From Bacteroidetes bacterium ADurb.Bin234 (GTDB taxonomy: Bacteria; Bacteroidota; Bacteroidia; Bacteroidales; WCHB1-69), in assembly GCA_002069895.1 (NCBI GenBank), contig MWCE01000046.1, positions 1 to 49,671 on the forward strand: 49,671 bases of DNA, read 5' to 3'. The translations under genes and the position numbers were made by a program. Shown here piece by piece: positions 47,162-49,671 of the stretch. The stretch's first letter is position 1; every line of letters begins with the position of its first letter. The notes below the pieces were generated by a model. It saw nothing but the letters and a program-made list of their open reading frames with translations. It was not told the origin of the DNA and ran no database searches.

Positions 47162-47833
47162 ATGAAAAAGCATTTCCTTATCCTCAACTTCTTTCTAATA
47201 AGCATGTTATTGGCTAAGGCTCAATTTATTCAAGAGCCTCTACCCTATGCTTTCAATGCATTAGAGCCTTATATCGACACCGAAACCATGCAAATTCATT
47301 ACAGTAAGCACCACGCCGGCTATGTGGCAAAATTGAATCAAGAAATGAAAGCCTTGGGCATGGAAAATCAAAAGGATATAGAAGCTATCTTACAAAACAT
47401 ATCGCAATACAACACAACTATCCGCAACAATGCCGGCGGACATTATAATCATCAATTATTCTGGATTTTATTAAGTCCCGAAAAAAACCTCACCCCTTCC
47501 CCTGCCTTACTTAAAGCAATTGAAAAAGAATTCAAAAGCATGGAAGCATTTAAGACGGCATTTATCAACGAGGGCAGCACCCGTTTCGGTTCGGGATGGG
47601 TATGGCTGATTGTTGATAAGGACAAAAAACTCCGCATTGTCTCCACTCCCAACCAAGACAATCCTTTAATGAACGACAGCCTCGTCAAAGGCTTCCCGAT
47701 TTTAGGCATAGATGTATGGGAACATGCCTATTATCTGAAATATCAAAACAAAAGAGGCGATTACCTCAACGCTATTTGGAACGTAATCAATTGGGACAAA
47801 GTAAGCGAACGCTATCTCCAGGCCATACAATAG
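47162..47833 (+). CDS. Fe/Mn-family superoxide dismutase with N-terminal signal peptide
   Basis: LPYAFNALEPYID, HHAGYV and DVWEHAYY motifs, preceded by MKKHFLILNFFLISMLLAKAQ. Confidence 0.93.
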   Translation: MKKHFLILNFFLISMLLAKAQFIQEPLPYAFNALEPYIDTETMQIHYSKHHAGYVAKLNQEMKALGMENQKDIEAILQNISQYNTTIRNNAGGHYNHQLFWILLSPEKNLTPSPALLKAIEKEFKSMEAFKTAFINEGSTRFGSGWVWLIVDKDKKLRIVSTPNQDNPLMNDSLVKGFPILGIDVWEHAYYLKYQNKRGDYLNAIWNVINWDKVSERYLQAIQ

Positions 47834-47919
47834 ATTTTCTATTGCCTATAACCTCGATAGTGCTATTTCGCTCCTGAGTTTCAGTATAAATATCTGTTAT
47901 TAAAGACATAAGGCAGTAA

Positions 47920-48108
47920 AGCGAAGCATCTGTAACCGACATGGAAGGTTATTTCTCATCATTAAAAAGGGAAGAAAGCAAATATGCTGTCCATTTTTTT
48001 GAGACAAGCCGTCCGGCTTTTCAAGACAGGTCGAAAAGTGCTTTCTTTCTAATCTCTCTCATGGAGAAACATCGAAACGTTTCTTTGAAAACGTCGAGAC
48101 GTTTCTGA
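47920..48108 (+). pseudogene. possible relic of the C-terminal end of a DDE (rve-type) transposase
   Basis: The short ORF ...VTDMEGYFSSLKREESKYAVHFFET... resembles the conserved DN..ME(S)FF..LK.E segment. A second MEGMFGIL fragment preceded by SCHNR lies at 48272-48310. Confidence 0.3.
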
Positions 48109-48238
48109 AAAAACATCGGGACGTTTCTGAAAAAACATCAGGACGTTTCTGAAAAAACATCGGGACGTTTCTGAAAAAACATCAGGACGTTTTTGAAAAA
48201 ACATCGGGACGTTTCTAAAAAAACGTCAAGACCATTTT
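48064..48238. repeat. tandem array, ~8 copies of a 22-bp unit GAAAAAACATC(G/A)GGACGTTTCT, each an imperfect palindrome
   Basis: Units start at 48064 (21 nt), 48085, 48107, 48129, 48151, 48173, 48195 and 48217 (degenerate). Unit 2 contains the perfect inverted repeat GAAACGTC-GA-GACGTTTC. Units 3-7 alternate CGGG/CAGG, giving a 44-bp super-period. Confidence 0.9.
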
Positions 48239-48356
48239 TAGTGAAAGAAGCCTCTCACGATCACGAACCCTTCTTGTCACAATCGCATGGAAGGTATGTT
48301 TGGGATACTTTATAAGCTAAGGGTAATCTTTCATAGTTTTTTATTCCATTATTATG

Positions 48357-48364
48357 TATTTTTG
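48357..48364 (+). promoter_or_regulatory. -7 promoter box TATTTTTG for the TPR sensor-like gene
   Basis: TAnnTTTG match 26 nt upstream of the ATG at 48390. Confidence 0.4.
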
Positions 48365-48389
48365 CAGCGTAAAAAAATAGCGTTTATCC

Positions 48390-49671
48390 ATGAAAAAGTT
48401 TTTTGCTTACTTGCTTATCATAGTGTTCGGTAACACCTCTTTGTCTTCTCAGAATGTGTTGGATAGTCTTCTTGGTGTTGCGGAAAAATATTCCAATCAC
48501 AATCAATATGTTTCTTTTTTAAAAGAGAAAGCCAAAGATACGACTTATGCCTCCTACGCTTTGGAGCTTTTGATAGAAGCCAAGACCTACGTTTCGGGTT
48601 ATCAACTGCCTACGGATGCCGAACTGTATGATTTACTGGCACGGAAATATACCCAAAACTTTATGCATGCTTATGCGATTCCACTCTACGATACTTTATA
48701 TACGTATTATATTCATAGGAAAGATACAGTAGGGATGATACATAGTTTGATTGATTTGGCTTCGTGTTATAATATTATCAATAAGCCGGAAAAAGCGCTG
48801 ACTTATTTTGAAAAAGGGGAGCAAATACTGGCCGAAAGTCGGAATCGGGTGTTGAAGTTTACACTGTATTATAATATTTCACATTTCTTTACTATTAAAA
48901 AAATCAACATAGCGGAGAAATATATTCAGCGTTGTTTTGATATTGCCAAAGCATTGGATAACGATAGTTTGTTTTTAGAGTCGCTGATTGAAATGGGTCG
49001 GATTTGTGTGAATAATCAACAAATTGATTCGGCTTTTTATTTCTACGAGCAAGCTCGGACATTAATTGACCGCATGGATTATTCGCAACGAATTGACCAG
49101 TATTATAATAGCTTGGCAAACTACTACCAAGTTACAAACAATGATGAGAAGTCGCTGGAATATTATTTGAAATCCTATGCTATTACCTTAAAGAACAAGA
49201 ATTACATCGGTTTATACGTAACGTCCTACAATCTTTACAATTTGTATACGAAAATGAAGGATAAGCTCAATGCCGAGAGGTATTTGCTGCTTAGTCTTGA
49301 TTATGCTGTCATTACTGGAATAGAACAATATAAATCGACCTCTTATTATCATCTTCAAAGCTTATATGCTGATAAGAAAGACTATAAGAAAGCGTATGAA
49401 TATGCAGTCTTATACAATGAATCTTTGAATAATATGTATTTCAAAGAGTTTTATGCCCAGATCGCCGACCTTACACTTCAGTACGAATTATTGAAAAAAC
49501 AAGATGAAATCAAATCACTGACGCAAGAAAACGATATCAAAACGCTTCAAGCTAAATACAATCGATTGATTACTATCGGATTAGTCATTTTTATTGTTAT
49601 TTTGATTATCGTATCATTTATTATTTATAAACACATACAAGTTAAAACGAAACAGAAAATAAATGAGTTGA
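48390..49671 (+). CDS. TPR-repeat transmembrane sensor-like protein, N-terminal part (open to the window end)
   Basis: Not in the ORF track because it has no stop. My hand translation gives 427 codons with no stop. It has a signal peptide MKKFFAYLLIIVFG, about 8 TPR-like repeats, a coiled-coil, then a TM helix LITIGLVIFIVILIIVSFIIY. This is typical of Bacteroidota TPR-TM-output sensors, with the output domain beyond the window. Confidence 0.7.
   Translation, partial: MKKFFAYLLIIVFGNTSLSSQNVLDSLLGVAEKYSNHNQYVSFLKEKAKDTTYASYALELLIEAKTYVSGYQLPTDAELYDLLARKYTQNFMHAYAIPLYDTLYTYYIHRKDTVGMIHSLIDLASCYNIINKPEKALTYFEKGEQILAESRNRVLKFTLYYNISHFFTIKKINIAEKYIQRCFDIAKALDNDSLFLESLIEMGRICVNNQQIDSAFYFYEQARTLIDRMDYSQRIDQYYNSLANYYQVTNNDEKSLEYYLKSYAITLKNKNYIGLYVTSYNLYNLYTKMKDKLNAERYLLLSLDYAVITGIEQYKSTSYYHLQSLYADKKDYKKAYEYAVLYNESLNNMYFKEFYAQIADLTLQYELLKKQDEIKSLTQENDIKTLQAKYNRLITIGLVIFIVILIIVSFIIYKHIQVKTKQKINEL

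Noticed and set aside
48007-48022. AGCCG-TC-CGGCT hairpin plus TTTT as the SOD terminator
   Set aside because: The 2-nt loop is sterically implausible. It lies ~175 nt past the stop and inside the putative transposase relic.
48064-48238. Could the 22-bp tandem array be a CRISPR array?
   Set aside because: The units are directly adjacent with no unique spacers. The period is 22 bp and no cas genes are in the window. It is a simple tandem repeat.
1-49671. tRNA, rRNA or other canonical RNA genes
   Set aside because: Visual inspection of all intergenic regions longer than 100 bp found no cloverleaf-like GC-rich segments or rRNA-like sequence. This is not a substitute for tRNAscan/Infernal.

Overview
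Low-GC Bacteroidota (probably Bacteroidales-like) chromosomal segment. Supporting signs are TAnnTTTG -7 promoter boxes, a T9SS C-terminal sorting domain, and a dcw cluster without murF. A complete division/cell-wall (dcw) cluster runs on the minus strand from mraZ (23150) to ftsZ (8643): mraZ-rsmH-ftsL-ftsI-murE-mraY-murD*-ftsW-murG-murC-ftsQ-ftsA-ftsZ. The murD ORF is only 178 aa and covers the C-terminal domain alone. The rest is mostly housekeeping: nadK, a MOP flippase, zupT, an M16-like peptidase, a YfcE-like phosphoesterase, TPR and beta-barrel envelope proteins, an SDR, an Xaa-Pro aminopeptidase, mntP, a BASS-like transporter, thiS-thiD behind a DAHP synthase/chorismate mutase, an EnvC-like M23 protein, a K+/H+ antiporter, a radical SAM enzyme and an exported Fe/Mn SOD. 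Accessory content includes an IS110-family element at the left edge and a decayed Fic gene. A possible DDE-transposase relic is associated with a 22-bp x8 palindromic tandem array upstream of a partial TPR sensor. The best candidate for an undescribed system is a very AT-rich ~3.4-kb islet (about 4217-7650) between the flippase and zupT. It carries a split-Walker ABC/AAA_21-type ATPase, a tightly coupled 168-aa protein with a PD-(D/E)xK-like motif, and a divergently transcribed stand-alone SIR2-like protein. In my motif alignment that SIR2-like protein has lost the canonical catalytic Asn and His. All functional calls come from reading motifs by eye; no database search was run.
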